Assembly: GCA_044338275.1 (NCBI GenBank)
Contig: JBIILX010000001.1
Location: forward strand, 1-53,740
DNA length: 53,740 bases
Reading direction: 5' to 3'
Origin: Pontimonas sp.
Lineage (GTDB): Bacteria; Actinomycetota; Actinomycetes; Actinomycetales; Microbacteriaceae
Positions 26,986 through 35,888 of this stretch are shown piece after piece. The notes beneath the pieces were generated by a model. The model worked only from the letters and a program-made list of their open reading frames with translations. It searched no databases and was not told where the DNA came from. The stretch's first letter is position 1, and each line of letters starts with the position of its first letter. Both the position numbers and the translations under genes were made by a program.

Positions 26986-27918
26986 CTAGAACCCAAACTG
27001 CAAGGCCTCCAACCCTGGATAGACCGCAAAGATGACGGTGATGGGCAAGATCATCAACACCATGGGAACCAACATGGCGACCTCGGCCTTCCCCGCTTTA
27101 TCGACCAGTCCCCTGGTGTATTCCTCTTTGGCATCCCTGGCATGGGCGGCAACCACCTCGGCCAGGGGTGCTCCACGATCAAGGGCTTGAGCAAGGTGCT
27201 CAACAAACGCCGTGACATGCGGTGCCGAGACTCGCGCCGCTGATTCCCGCAGTGTTGGGGTGAGCGGCGCTCCGAGCTCGACTAACGCCATCACCCTCGC
27301 CCATTCGCGACCAAGCTCGCCGCGTGCTCTCTTGGACACTCGGGCTAGGGCCCGAGGCAGTGAGTCCCCTGCGGCCAGCGCCAAGCCCAAGAGTTCGATG
27401 ACGGTGGGGAACTCCTCGACGATGCGCTCTCCCCTTTCCCGTGCGGCCCGCCCAAGACCGTAGTCCGTAGACCACAGCATCACGACGGCCCCACCGAGTG
27501 CCACGCCCATGAGACTCTGTGCCACCGGTAGACCCCCCAACACCGCAATCAGCAGCCCGGCCACAGCACCGCCGGCAAAGCCGGCGATGGCCCCCATTGT
27601 TCGCCTCGCACGAAAATCCTCAAAGGAGCCGCCACTCCCCGAGGCGACAAACAGCGCTTCCTGGGCTGTGCGCCCGCCGAGCGCTCGGTCGATGCGCCGA
27701 ATCATCCGGGTGACACTGGGTCCCAGCAACTGACCAGCAACGACAATCGGATCGCTCTGGGTCGCGAAATGTATGTCCCGGGCCCTCTGGGAAACATCGA
27801 GCAAATAGGGCGCAAGGCGCTGATCCCAGCCCTTCTTTGACCGTGTAGGCCACACAACCCCCAGCAGAATCCAGAGCCCCAGGCCCATCACAAGGCCCAG
27901 AAGCCCCGCCGTGGCCAC
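26986..27918 (-). CDS. tadC: Tad pilus platform protein TadC (T2SS F domain)
   Basis: EEFPTVIELLGLALAAG, AGKAEVAMLVP; TAGTG coupling to tadB. Confidence 0.88.
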   Translation of the reverse strand: MATAGLLGLVMGLGLWILLGVVWPTRSKKGWDQRLAPYLLDVSQRARDIHFATQSDPIVVAGQLLGPSVTRMIRRIDRALGGRTAQEALFVASGSGGSFEDFRARRTMGAIAGFAGGAVAGLLIAVLGGLPVAQSLMGVALGGAVVMLWSTDYGLGRAARERGERIVEEFPTVIELLGLALAAGDSLPRALARVSKRARGELGREWARVMALVELGAPLTPTLRESAARVSAPHVTAFVEHLAQALDRGAPLAEVVAAHARDAKEEYTRGLVDKAGKAEVAMLVPMVLMILPITVIFAVYPGLEALQFGF

Positions 27919-28787
27919 TAGTTCACCCACCGGCGCTGTGGCGGGAGGGAACCAATCGCGTGCATCATCCGATACGCGACCGCGCTGACCACTGCGCCGA
28001 CCACCAGGACAATCGACCCCTCGGCGCTCTGATAGCTCTGAAGGGTGTCACCCCTGGAACCAATCACGACCAACACGACCCACGGGGCTGCCACCGCCAT
28101 CACCGCAGCAGAGCGCACCCACGACTGTCTGGCAGTGGCATCCTCGCGAACGGCGATGTCGTGGCGAACGCTTCGTTGCAAAGAATTCAACACATCTGGC
28201 AGGTCGGTGCCACCAACTTCTCCTGCCATTCTCAGTACTTCGACAATGCGGTCTCCCACGGGATCTGCAAGCCTTCTGCTCCACTCCCCAAGCACCATAT
28301 CGCCAGGCATTCCCCGGGCAAGATCATCGCGGAAGAGCTCGACCGTTGTGGCAATGTCTGGCGGAAGTGAGGGCGGCAGGGCCGCCACCGCCCGCACCAC
28401 ATCCGAGCCGGACCTAATCCCGGCGCGAATGTGGTCAATGACGCCAGGCCATGCCACCCGCAGCCGGTGTCGCCTGGCGCCCCTTTCCCGCAGAATAAAC
28501 GCATAGGCCACGAGCGCCGTGGCAATGGCTGCTAGTGGCCCAAGAACCAGCACGGGAAGAACCAGCGTCACCCCCAATCCCACCGCCGTGGCGACCAACA
28601 CCACGACGCCCACCACGCTCGAGGGGTTGAGGTGGGCAAAACCGGCCTCATCCATCAACCTGACTACAGGGCCCATGAGGCGGGGCGTTGGCCGGTCTGG
28701 TCCGCTCGCCTCGGGCCCGGGCGGAACCACCCATAACCAGAGCCCCACGCCGAGCGCTAGTCCCACAAACACGGAGAAGAGAATCAT
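27918..28787 (-). CDS. tadB: Tad pilus platform protein TadB
   Basis: WPGVIDHIRAGIRSG, LADPVGDRIVE, ARQSWV; follows tadA. Confidence 0.88.
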   Translation of the reverse strand: MILFSVFVGLALGVGLWLWVVPPGPEASGPDRPTPRLMGPVVRLMDEAGFAHLNPSSVVGVVVLVATAVGLGVTLVLPVLVLGPLAAIATALVAYAFILRERGARRHRLRVAWPGVIDHIRAGIRSGSDVVRAVAALPPSLPPDIATTVELFRDDLARGMPGDMVLGEWSRRLADPVGDRIVEVLRMAGEVGGTDLPDVLNSLQRSVRHDIAVREDATARQSWVRSAAVMAVAAPWVVLVVIGSRGDTLQSYQSAEGSIVLVVGAVVSAVAYRMMHAIGSLPPQRRWVN

Positions 28788-29920
28788 CGGGCGGGCTCCT
28801 GCAGTTCGTGTTGAGTGAGAGTGCCTCTATGACGCTCAAAGACGACCCTCGACTCAATGACACCTTGTGTGATGCGCCCGGTGGGCACAATGATCGACAT
28901 CAAGCGTCTTTTCCCCTCAGGTGAGCGCTCAAGATGAACGACAGCGTCGATGGTGCCCGCGATAGTGGGCAACACAAAACTTGCATCGACGTTGCGGCCC
29001 TCCAGCAGAGGCAAGGTTGAGAGCTTCACGAGGGCTTGCTCGGCACTCTTCGCATGGATGGAACACATTCCGGGCAGCCCCGAATTCAGTGCGATCAGGA
29101 GGTCTAATGCCTCAGCGCCTCGAACTTCTCCCACCACCAGTCGATCAGGGCGCATGCGAAGTGCCTCTTTCACGAGCCTGCGAAGAGTGATTTCACCGGT
29201 GCCCTCAAGACTTGGCCCCCTGCACTGCAAGCCCACGTGGTCATCGCGGTGAAGACTCAACTCAAACGTCTCTTCCACTGTCACAATCCGCTCATAAGCA
29301 GGCACTGCGTCCAGCAGGGCGTTCAGCAGTGTCGTCTTCCCGGCCTGGGTTGCCCCTGAGACCAAGATGCTCGCTCCCTCATGAACACGCTCTGCCAGAT
29401 AGCTGGAGGCTTCCTCGCTCATCGCTCCCGCACCCACGAGGTCATCGAGCGAGCGCAGACGAGCAGCAAACTTTCTAATGTTCACGGACCAGTGCTGCCG
29501 AGTGATGTCCGGGATTGCCACATGCAGCCTCGACCCATCGGGCAACGACGCATCGACAAAAGGCTGTGACACATCGATCCGGCGGCCGGTCGGCCGCAGC
29601 ATGCGCTCGACGAGGCCTCGAATCGTCTCGGAGGTGAGGGAGACATGCACACGATAGCTCACCCCAGCTCGCGCGACAAAAACGTGGTCAGGCGAATTGA
29701 TCCAGATTTCTTCAACACCGGGGTCATCGAGAAATTGTTGCAGCGGCCCAAGCCCCAGCAGTTCGTTCCTCAGATACTGACCGAGCGGCTCAGCCGCACC
29801 GTCGCTCGCAGAGAGCGCCACCTCCTCGGCAATGACGGAGGCCAGATCCTCCCCCGCGTCGACCAGGCGGTGCCGCACCCGGTCTGCCAGAGCCGCAGTG
29901 GCATCGGAGACTGTGGGCAT
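28784..29920 (-). CDS. tadA: Tad pilus ATPase TadA/CpaF
   Basis: SGATQAGKTT, LRMRPDRLVVGEVRG, DASLPDGSR. Confidence 0.93.
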   Translation of the reverse strand: MPTVSDATAALADRVRHRLVDAGEDLASVIAEEVALSASDGAAEPLGQYLRNELLGLGPLQQFLDDPGVEEIWINSPDHVFVARAGVSYRVHVSLTSETIRGLVERMLRPTGRRIDVSQPFVDASLPDGSRLHVAIPDITRQHWSVNIRKFAARLRSLDDLVGAGAMSEEASSYLAERVHEGASILVSGATQAGKTTLLNALLDAVPAYERIVTVEETFELSLHRDDHVGLQCRGPSLEGTGEITLRRLVKEALRMRPDRLVVGEVRGAEALDLLIALNSGLPGMCSIHAKSAEQALVKLSTLPLLEGRNVDASFVLPTIAGTIDAVVHLERSPEGKRRLMSIIVPTGRITQGVIESRVVFERHRGTLTQHELQEPAR

Positions 29921-29926
29921 AGCCCT

Positions 29927-29968
29927 ATGGTCTCGAAGGTCGCGGGCTAGCCGCGCTGCTTATCCCCA
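29927..29968 (-). promoter_or_regulatory. Putative tadA promoter: TGGGGATAA-N27-GACCAT-N6-ATG
   Basis: Same box-to-ATG distance as the native pilin promoter. Confidence 0.55.
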
Positions 29969-30021
29969 GGCATCGCTGCGAACCCACCTGTTGGTGAAGT
30001 CGGCCTTGCCCGAGTAGTCCT

Positions 30022-30528
30022 CTAGGAATGCTCGGTGTCTGGGCCCGCCTTCATAGCGGTGAGGGCCGCCTGATGAGCGGCAGTGGATACAACCACGTCA
30101 TACTGCGTCGCAATCACCTGCTGAACAGAGCGAAAATTACGCTTGGGCCCCTTGGAGACGGTGAACAGGATCATTCCAACCACCATCCCAGCACCGGCGC
30201 CAATTAACAGCCCCGCAAGAATTGGGGTCACAAAGTCATCAGGTGACACGACGACAAAAACTAACCCCGCAACGAGGCCAAGCCACGAACCGCTCATGGC
30301 CGAGGATATGGCGGCTCTGCCGTAGCCCATCCGGCCAATGACTCGCTCGACCAAAGTGACATCAGATCCCACGATCGAGAGCGCGCTGGCCTGAACACCT
30401 TCACCCACCAGCCGCGCCACCAATGCCTGGGCTTCTGGATAGGTGGGGAAACCTTGCAGTACCTCACCTTCGGGAAGGCGAAACATCGCGTCAGACGAAC
30501 GCGATCCGAATCTATTGCCCTGGCTCAC
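30022..30528 (-). CDS. General stress protein-like membrane protein (YflT-like)
   Basis: YPEAQALVARL...LSIVGSD...VERV plus two Gly-rich TM segments. Confidence 0.7.
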   Translation of the reverse strand: MSQGNRFGSRSSDAMFRLPEGEVLQGFPTYPEAQALVARLVGEGVQASALSIVGSDVTLVERVIGRMGYGRAAISSAMSGSWLGLVAGLVFVVVSPDDFVTPILAGLLIGAGAGMVVGMILFTVSKGPKRNFRSVQQVIATQYDVVVSTAAHQAALTAMKAGPDTEHS

Positions 30529-30589
30529 CAGACCATTCTCACACTCCCCTGGTTAGGCTTGGCACCACAACGAGGGGAAAGGTCCAAGC

Positions 30590-31690
30590 GTGGCGTCGAA
30601 GGAACAGTTCGTCTATGGCGCTCTCGCCGGCGTGATGGACCCGGAGCTCCGTCGCCCCATCACGGAACTCGGCATGGTCGAGGGCGTGAGCGTCGACGAC
30701 GACTCGATCACCGCGACCGTTCTCCTGACTATCGTCGGTTGCCCGGCAGCGGACCTCATTGAGCGCAGCGTCAGGGGCGCCCTCGAAGCCGTCGCCGAAG
30801 GACGCACTGTTTCGTTGACCGTAGGCGTGATGTCCTCTGAGCAACGAGGCGCCCTGATTTCCCAACTCACCGCCGGAAAATCGGGCGGAAACCCTTTTAC
30901 CCGGGATGCTCTCACCCGGGTCATTGCAGTGACGAGTGGTAAGGGTGGCGTCGGAAAATCCAGCGTCACGGCCAATCTTGCCGCGCACACTGCAGCAATG
31001 GGCTTCCGAGTGGGCGTCATCGATGCCGACGTCTTTGGCTTTTCTATCCCGGGCCTGCTCGGCATCGAGGGCATCAAGCCAACCCGGATTGACTCGTTGA
31101 TGCTCCCCCCGGTCGCGCACGACATGAAAGTCATCTCGATTGGGATGTTTGTGAATCCCGACCAGGCTGTGGCCTGGCGGGGCCCACTTCTTCACCGCAC
31201 TATCGAGCAGTTCTTGACCGATGTGCACTTTGGTGATCTGGACTTTCTGTTCCTCGATCTTCCGCCTGGCACCGGAGATGTGGCACTCAGTGTTGGGCAG
31301 TTATTGCCAAACGCCGAGGTTGTTGTCGTGACAACCCCTCAGGCCGCCGCAGCTGAGGTCGCCTGGCGCTCTGCAGAAGTTGCCAAACAGACGGGCCAAA
31401 GCATTCTCGGGGTCATCGAGAACATGACCGCAACGACGCTGCCCGATGGCACCGTTCTTGATGTTTTTGGCTCAGGCGGAGGAACGGCCACCGCTCACCG
31501 GCTGGGTGCCCCGCTTCTGGGCAGTGTCCCGCTCTCCCGAGCACTCCGCGAAGCTGGCGACGAGGGGGTTCCCCTGGTGATTAGCCACCCGGAAGATCCA
31601 GCCGCCGAGGTCCTGCGCTCGGTGGCCCAGGCCATCATCACCGGTGGAGCAAGCAAAGTGGGCGTAAAACTCCCGGTGGCTGGCCGCTAG
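30590..31690 (+). CDS. mrp: Mrp/ApbC Fe-S carrier ATPase
   Basis: DPELRRPITELGMV, SGKGGVGKS, WRGP, DLPPGTGD. Confidence 0.93.
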   Translation: MASKEQFVYGALAGVMDPELRRPITELGMVEGVSVDDDSITATVLLTIVGCPAADLIERSVRGALEAVAEGRTVSLTVGVMSSEQRGALISQLTAGKSGGNPFTRDALTRVIAVTSGKGGVGKSSVTANLAAHTAAMGFRVGVIDADVFGFSIPGLLGIEGIKPTRIDSLMLPPVAHDMKVISIGMFVNPDQAVAWRGPLLHRTIEQFLTDVHFGDLDFLFLDLPPGTGDVALSVGQLLPNAEVVVVTTPQAAAAEVAWRSAEVAKQTGQSILGVIENMTATTLPDGTVLDVFGSGGGTATAHRLGAPLLGSVPLSRALREAGDEGVPLVISHPEDPAAEVLRSVAQAIITGGASKVGVKLPVAGR

Positions 31691-32061
31691 GTCAGATCAG
31701 GATCGAAGGGCGCGGGCTTGCCCGCCCCGCTCAATCGCTTGCGTCTTTGATACGCAGATTCAATGACGACGGGTTCAGCCTCGGTGTCAGCCGCAGCGGC
31801 CGCTGGGTCTTCTTTGAGCGCTTCGCGAATGATGCGCCTGGGGTCATATTGTCTGGGGTCCAGCTTTTTCCAGTCCATGTCATCGAAGTCCGGGCCCAAC
31901 TCGTCGCGCATGCGATTCTTGGCACCCGAGGCCATGTCGCGTAGTTGGCGAATCAGCCGGCCGAGCTGGGCTGAATAGGCGGGCAAGCGATCGGGGCCAA
32001 TCAAAAAGACCGCGATGATTCCAATGAGGAGCAGCTTTTCAATCGTGAGGCCGAATGACAC
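31687..32061 (-). CDS. tatB: Sec-independent translocase TatB
   Basis: IGPDRLP, LDPRQYDPRRII, PFDPDLT. Confidence 0.88.
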   Translation of the reverse strand: MSFGLTIEKLLLIGIIAVFLIGPDRLPAYSAQLGRLIRQLRDMASGAKNRMRDELGPDFDDMDWKKLDPRQYDPRRIIREALKEDPAAAAADTEAEPVVIESAYQRRKRLSGAGKPAPFDPDLT

Positions 32062-32141
32062 CCCACCACAATAACCTGCTCGGCCTAGAGCGCGCCCTAG
32101 GCTACAAATACGGGGACCCCCGGCACCAGAGACGAGGTCAC

Positions 32142-32774
32142 ATGTCAGACAAGGAATTGAGCTGGCGCTTTGTCGAAGAGCGCGTTGTCGAGGATGTTGA
32201 CATCGAGCGTGCCAGACGCACGTCCCTCGAGCACGGAGTGGACCCCATCACCGCGAGCGCCGGGGAATACATCGCCACCATTGCGATATCGATTGATGCT
32301 TCCAACATCATCGAGATCGGCACGGGCCTTGGCGTAGGGACCCTGTGGTTGGCTCAGGCCTGCCCCGACGCTCACATCACCACGATTGATTCCGAGATGG
32401 ACCACCACGCCACCGTTCGTGAACTTCTCCACAACGCCGAAATCCCAGCCTCTCGTGTGCGCTTGATTACCGAGAAGGCGCTGGATGTGTTGCCGAAGAT
32501 GAATGAGGCCAGCTATGACCTCATCGTCATTGACGCCGACTTTCAGAACGTTCAGGCCTATGTCGACCAGGCCATAAACCTGGTCCGACCCCGAGGAAGT
32601 GTGATTGTCGCGGGTGCACTAGGCGATGACCTGGTGGCAGACCCTACACAGCGCGATGACAAGACATCGGCCTACCGATGGCTACTGAAGGCCCTAGAAG
32701 ACCGCGACGACGTTGTCCACACGGTAAACCAGATTGGCGATGGACTCGTCCACATCGTCAAACGCCCGGCCTAA
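32142..32774 (+). CDS. SAM-dependent O-methyltransferase
   Basis: IEIGTGLGVG motif; conserved neighbour of tatB; start at MSDKELSW. Confidence 0.85.
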   Translation: MSDKELSWRFVEERVVEDVDIERARRTSLEHGVDPITASAGEYIATIAISIDASNIIEIGTGLGVGTLWLAQACPDAHITTIDSEMDHHATVRELLHNAEIPASRVRLITEKALDVLPKMNEASYDLIVIDADFQNVQAYVDQAINLVRPRGSVIVAGALGDDLVADPTQRDDKTSAYRWLLKALEDRDDVVHTVNQIGDGLVHIVKRPA

Positions 32775-32784
32775 GCCAGAAAAA

Positions 32785-32958
32785 CTACTTTCCGCCGAGC
32801 GCTCCAGCAAGCTGGTCGTGCAGCTCGCGGGCTTCCTCATCGTTAACGGAGACGACCAAACGTCCGCCACCCTCGAGAGGGACCTTAACGATAATGAGTC
32901 GACCTTCTTTGACAGCCTCCATGGGTCCGTCACCGGTTCTGGGCTTCATTGCGGCCAT
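32785..32958 (-). CDS. DUF3117 small protein, 57 aa
   Basis: MAAMKPRTGDGPMEAVKEGRLIIVKVPLEGGGRLVV; below the ORF-track cutoff. Confidence 0.9.
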   Translation of the reverse strand: MAAMKPRTGDGPMEAVKEGRLIIVKVPLEGGGRLVVSVNDEEARELHDQLAGALGGK

Positions 32959-33035
32959 AACAGGACTCTCCTCAAGGATTTGCTCTAAAGCACCATTATC
33001 CCCCAGAGTGAGGGCTTAAGAAAATCGGCTCTGGG

Positions 33036-34112
33036 CTACTTGCCAGTAAGCCACGAGGCTAACGAGGCGAAAACCTCGTCAATCTGGGCTAATTCGACTC
33101 TTTCGTCATCGGCGTGGGCAAGGGACGGGTCACCCGGGCCATAGTTGAGAGCCGGGATCCCCCACTCACTAAACCGAGCAACATCGGTCCACCCGTACTT
33201 CGGCCCAACCGCAATTCCCAGCGCCGCAATGAACTCTTGGGAGAGGGGTTGCGACAAGCCCGGTTTCGCAGCCGCAGCCTGGTCCACGACCGCAACGCTG
33301 AAGCCCTCAAAGACTCCAGCAACATGATCAATCGCGTCGGCGATCGATTTGTTGGGGGCAAATCGATAGTTGATGGTGACGGTGCAGAGATCGGGAATCA
33401 CATTGCCGGCAACTCCGCCACTAATACCTACGGCATTAAGGCCTTCCCGATACACAAGCCCATCAACGTCAACCTCGGCTGGGGAATACTCCTCCAAGCG
33501 AGCAAGGATGCCAGACGCTTCGTGAATCGCGTTTGTGCCCATCCATGAGCGTGCTGAGTGCGCCCGGACACCCGAAGTGCTTACTTCGACCCGCAGGCTT
33601 CCATTGCATCCAGCCTCAACAGCCCCGTTTGTTGGCTCCCCCACAATGGCGAGGTCACCTCGAACCCACTCGGGGTGGGCCAATCCCAAAAGACCGAGGC
33701 CATTCTTGCTGGCCTCGACCTCCTCGTTGTCATAGAAAATCCATGTCACATCGTGCACGGGTTCCGAAACCTGGAGAGCCAGCGTGAGGCCGACGGCCAC
33801 GCCGGCCTTCATATCTACGCTGCCACGGCCCCAGAGCCACCCGTCAACCTGAGAAGAGGGCAGATTCTTGTTGGCCGGAACGGTGTCGATGTGGCCGGCC
33901 CAAATCACACGCCGGGCTCGGCCGAGGTTCGTCCGAGCTGCCACAGTATTGCCAACGCGCAGAACCTCGAGATGAGATGCTCCAGACAGAGCAGCCTCAA
34001 TGGCATCCGCCAGTGAGGCCTCTGCCCCGGAGGCGCTCTCACTATCCACCAGAGCCTGGACTAGCTCGCCAAGCGGCGCCCCCACGGGCAACGCAACGCT
34101 GGAAGCCGACAT
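33036..34112 (-). CDS. dapE: Succinyl-diaminopimelate desuccinylase
   Basis: GHIDTV, GRGSVDMK, NEE, AHSAR, GWTDVARF. Confidence 0.93.
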   Translation of the reverse strand: MSASSVALPVGAPLGELVQALVDSESASGAEASLADAIEAALSGASHLEVLRVGNTVAARTNLGRARRVIWAGHIDTVPANKNLPSSQVDGWLWGRGSVDMKAGVAVGLTLALQVSEPVHDVTWIFYDNEEVEASKNGLGLLGLAHPEWVRGDLAIVGEPTNGAVEAGCNGSLRVEVSTSGVRAHSARSWMGTNAIHEASGILARLEEYSPAEVDVDGLVYREGLNAVGISGGVAGNVIPDLCTVTINYRFAPNKSIADAIDHVAGVFEGFSVAVVDQAAAAKPGLSQPLSQEFIAALGIAVGPKYGWTDVARFSEWGIPALNYGPGDPSLAHADDERVELAQIDEVFASLASWLTGK

Positions 34113-34156
34113 GGCCTCAAGTGTAATGGGGGTGGCACTGCCTATACCCTGGTGTC

Positions 34157-35104
34157 ATGAGCGAGAAGGCCACCACCGCGTGGGGATATGGCATTGCGAC
34201 CATTGACACAGCGACCAACACGGTGCTGGACACGTGGTTTCCAGACCCCCAGGTTGGCGCCCCTCCCGCGAACTTTGACCCACACTTGATTCCGAGCTCC
34301 CTTGGCCACCTAGAAGGTGACGACGCCACCCGCGGTGTTCACCTGATGGGCGTCACGACAGTCAGTGACCTGACACAACCGCCGGCTTCCACCTCGGACG
34401 CTTATTTGCGCTTGCACCTGTTGAGCCGCTGCCTGGTCCAACCAAACTCGATGAACCTAGAGGGAATCTTTGGAATTCTTCCGTTGGTTGCCTTCACGAA
34501 CCGGGGACCGGTATCGCCAGAGTTCTATGACGAACACCGCATGGCGATGCAGCGGGAGGGAGTCGTGATCCAGAGTCTGGATCGATTCCCACCGCTTCTG
34601 GGCTACGTCACCCCGCCCAGGGTTCGCATCGCGGATGCGGCCAGGGTTCGCCTTGGTGCTCACCTCTCCCCTGGCACCACCGTCATGCACGAAGGCTTTG
34701 TGAACTTCAACGCCGGGACACTTGGCGCCTCGATGGTGGAGGGCCGCATTTCTCAGGGTGTTGTTGTTGGCGATGGCACCGATATTGGTGGCGGTGCATC
34801 CATCATGGGAACACTCTCTGGTGGTGGGCAGGAAGTCATTTCGCTGGGCAAACGTTGCTTGCTTGGCGCCAACGCAGGCATTGGCATCTCCTTAGGAGAT
34901 GACTGTGTCGTTGAAGCAGGCCTCTATGTGACAGCCGGCACCAAAGTGACGGTTATTGCCGAGGGGCAGACCACTCAGGCCAAGGCATCGGCACTAAGTG
35001 GCCAACCCGGCCTTCTGTATCGCCGAAACTCCATGACTGGCGCGGTTGAAGTTCTAGCCCGCGATGGTCACGGCGTGAGCCTCAACGAGGCTTTGCACTC
35101 CTAG
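34157..35104 (+). CDS. dapD: Tetrahydrodipicolinate N-succinyltransferase
   Basis: YLRLHLLS, GTTVMHEGFVNFNAGTLG. Confidence 0.95.
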   Translation: MSEKATTAWGYGIATIDTATNTVLDTWFPDPQVGAPPANFDPHLIPSSLGHLEGDDATRGVHLMGVTTVSDLTQPPASTSDAYLRLHLLSRCLVQPNSMNLEGIFGILPLVAFTNRGPVSPEFYDEHRMAMQREGVVIQSLDRFPPLLGYVTPPRVRIADAARVRLGAHLSPGTTVMHEGFVNFNAGTLGASMVEGRISQGVVVGDGTDIGGGASIMGTLSGGGQEVISLGKRCLLGANAGIGISLGDDCVVEAGLYVTAGTKVTVIAEGQTTQAKASALSGQPGLLYRRNSMTGAVEVLARDGHGVSLNEALHS

Positions 35105-35118
35105 CGCACACCAAATCC

Positions 35119-35556
35119 CTAATGTGCGTTGGGGCTACCGAAGTCCCACGGATTAATGACTGATACCCCGCTCGACAAAAAAGGCCGCGTATCGCGGGTT
35201 GCGACTGACATTACGTTGGTTGTGGCGATAGCCGCGACGAGCGCGTCCTGAAACGAGACCCCCACGCCGGCGCGCCTGTTGAGTGCATAGATTTCGGCGT
35301 AGGCCTGCGTGCAAGAATTTTCAAACGCCAAAACGCGCCCGGTGAAGAGCGGCAAAAAATGTCCCTCAAGCTTGTCCCGAAGGGTTTTCTTCTTCCTACC
35401 ATCCGGTGCCGCCTCAACTCCCGCACGCAGTTCAGCCACTGTGATCGCAGAGAGAAACATGGTTTCTAGAAGTTGAGACTCTATCCAGCTGAATACCCCA
35501 GGATCAGGCCGGGGCTGCATAGCCTCCGAAACAACGTTGGTGTCGAGGATTATCAA
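35119..35556 (-). CDS. vapC: PIN-domain toxin (VapC/FitB-like)
   Basis: MIILDTNVVSE, ITVAEL, DALVAAIA, ATRD. Confidence 0.9.
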   Translation of the reverse strand: MIILDTNVVSEAMQPRPDPGVFSWIESQLLETMFLSAITVAELRAGVEAAPDGRKKKTLRDKLEGHFLPLFTGRVLAFENSCTQAYAEIYALNRRAGVGVSFQDALVAAIATTNVMSVATRDTRPFLSSGVSVINPWDFGSPNAH

Positions 35557-35807
35557 TCGAAGTTCACTGCTCGCGCTGGCGAACGGTCTCGGACAGTCTC
35601 AAAAATTTCCAGGTCCTCCGACGTGAGACCCGCCTCGCGACCAATTGCCTGCAACACAGAGCCCAATTTGACCCGTTCGCTACCGAGCACAGCGTTACTG
35701 AGGATTTCGCGGACCTCTGATTCCATGCTGTGACCCTTGCGCTCAGCTCGCACCGCGAGCGCACGATGCACCTCGTCCGGCAATTTGCGAACCGTCAACA
35801 TAGCCAT
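35553..35807 (-). CDS. FitA/StbC-like ribbon-helix-helix antitoxin
   Basis: MAMLTVRKLPDEVHRALAVRA...SMESEVREIL; overlaps the toxin start. Confidence 0.88.
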   Translation of the reverse strand: MAMLTVRKLPDEVHRALAVRAERKGHSMESEVREILSNAVLGSERVKLGSVLQAIGREAGLTSEDLEIFETVRDRSPARAVNFD

Positions 35808-35888
35808 AAGTGATCGCCCCCCTGATTGAATGCATTCATTATGGCATACTGCATGCACTCATAGGCCGTGAATCCACAGGGCGATTAA

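Noticed and set aside
32734-32988. Plus-strand 84-aa ORF
   Set aside because: The real gene is the DUF3117 protein on the minus strand.
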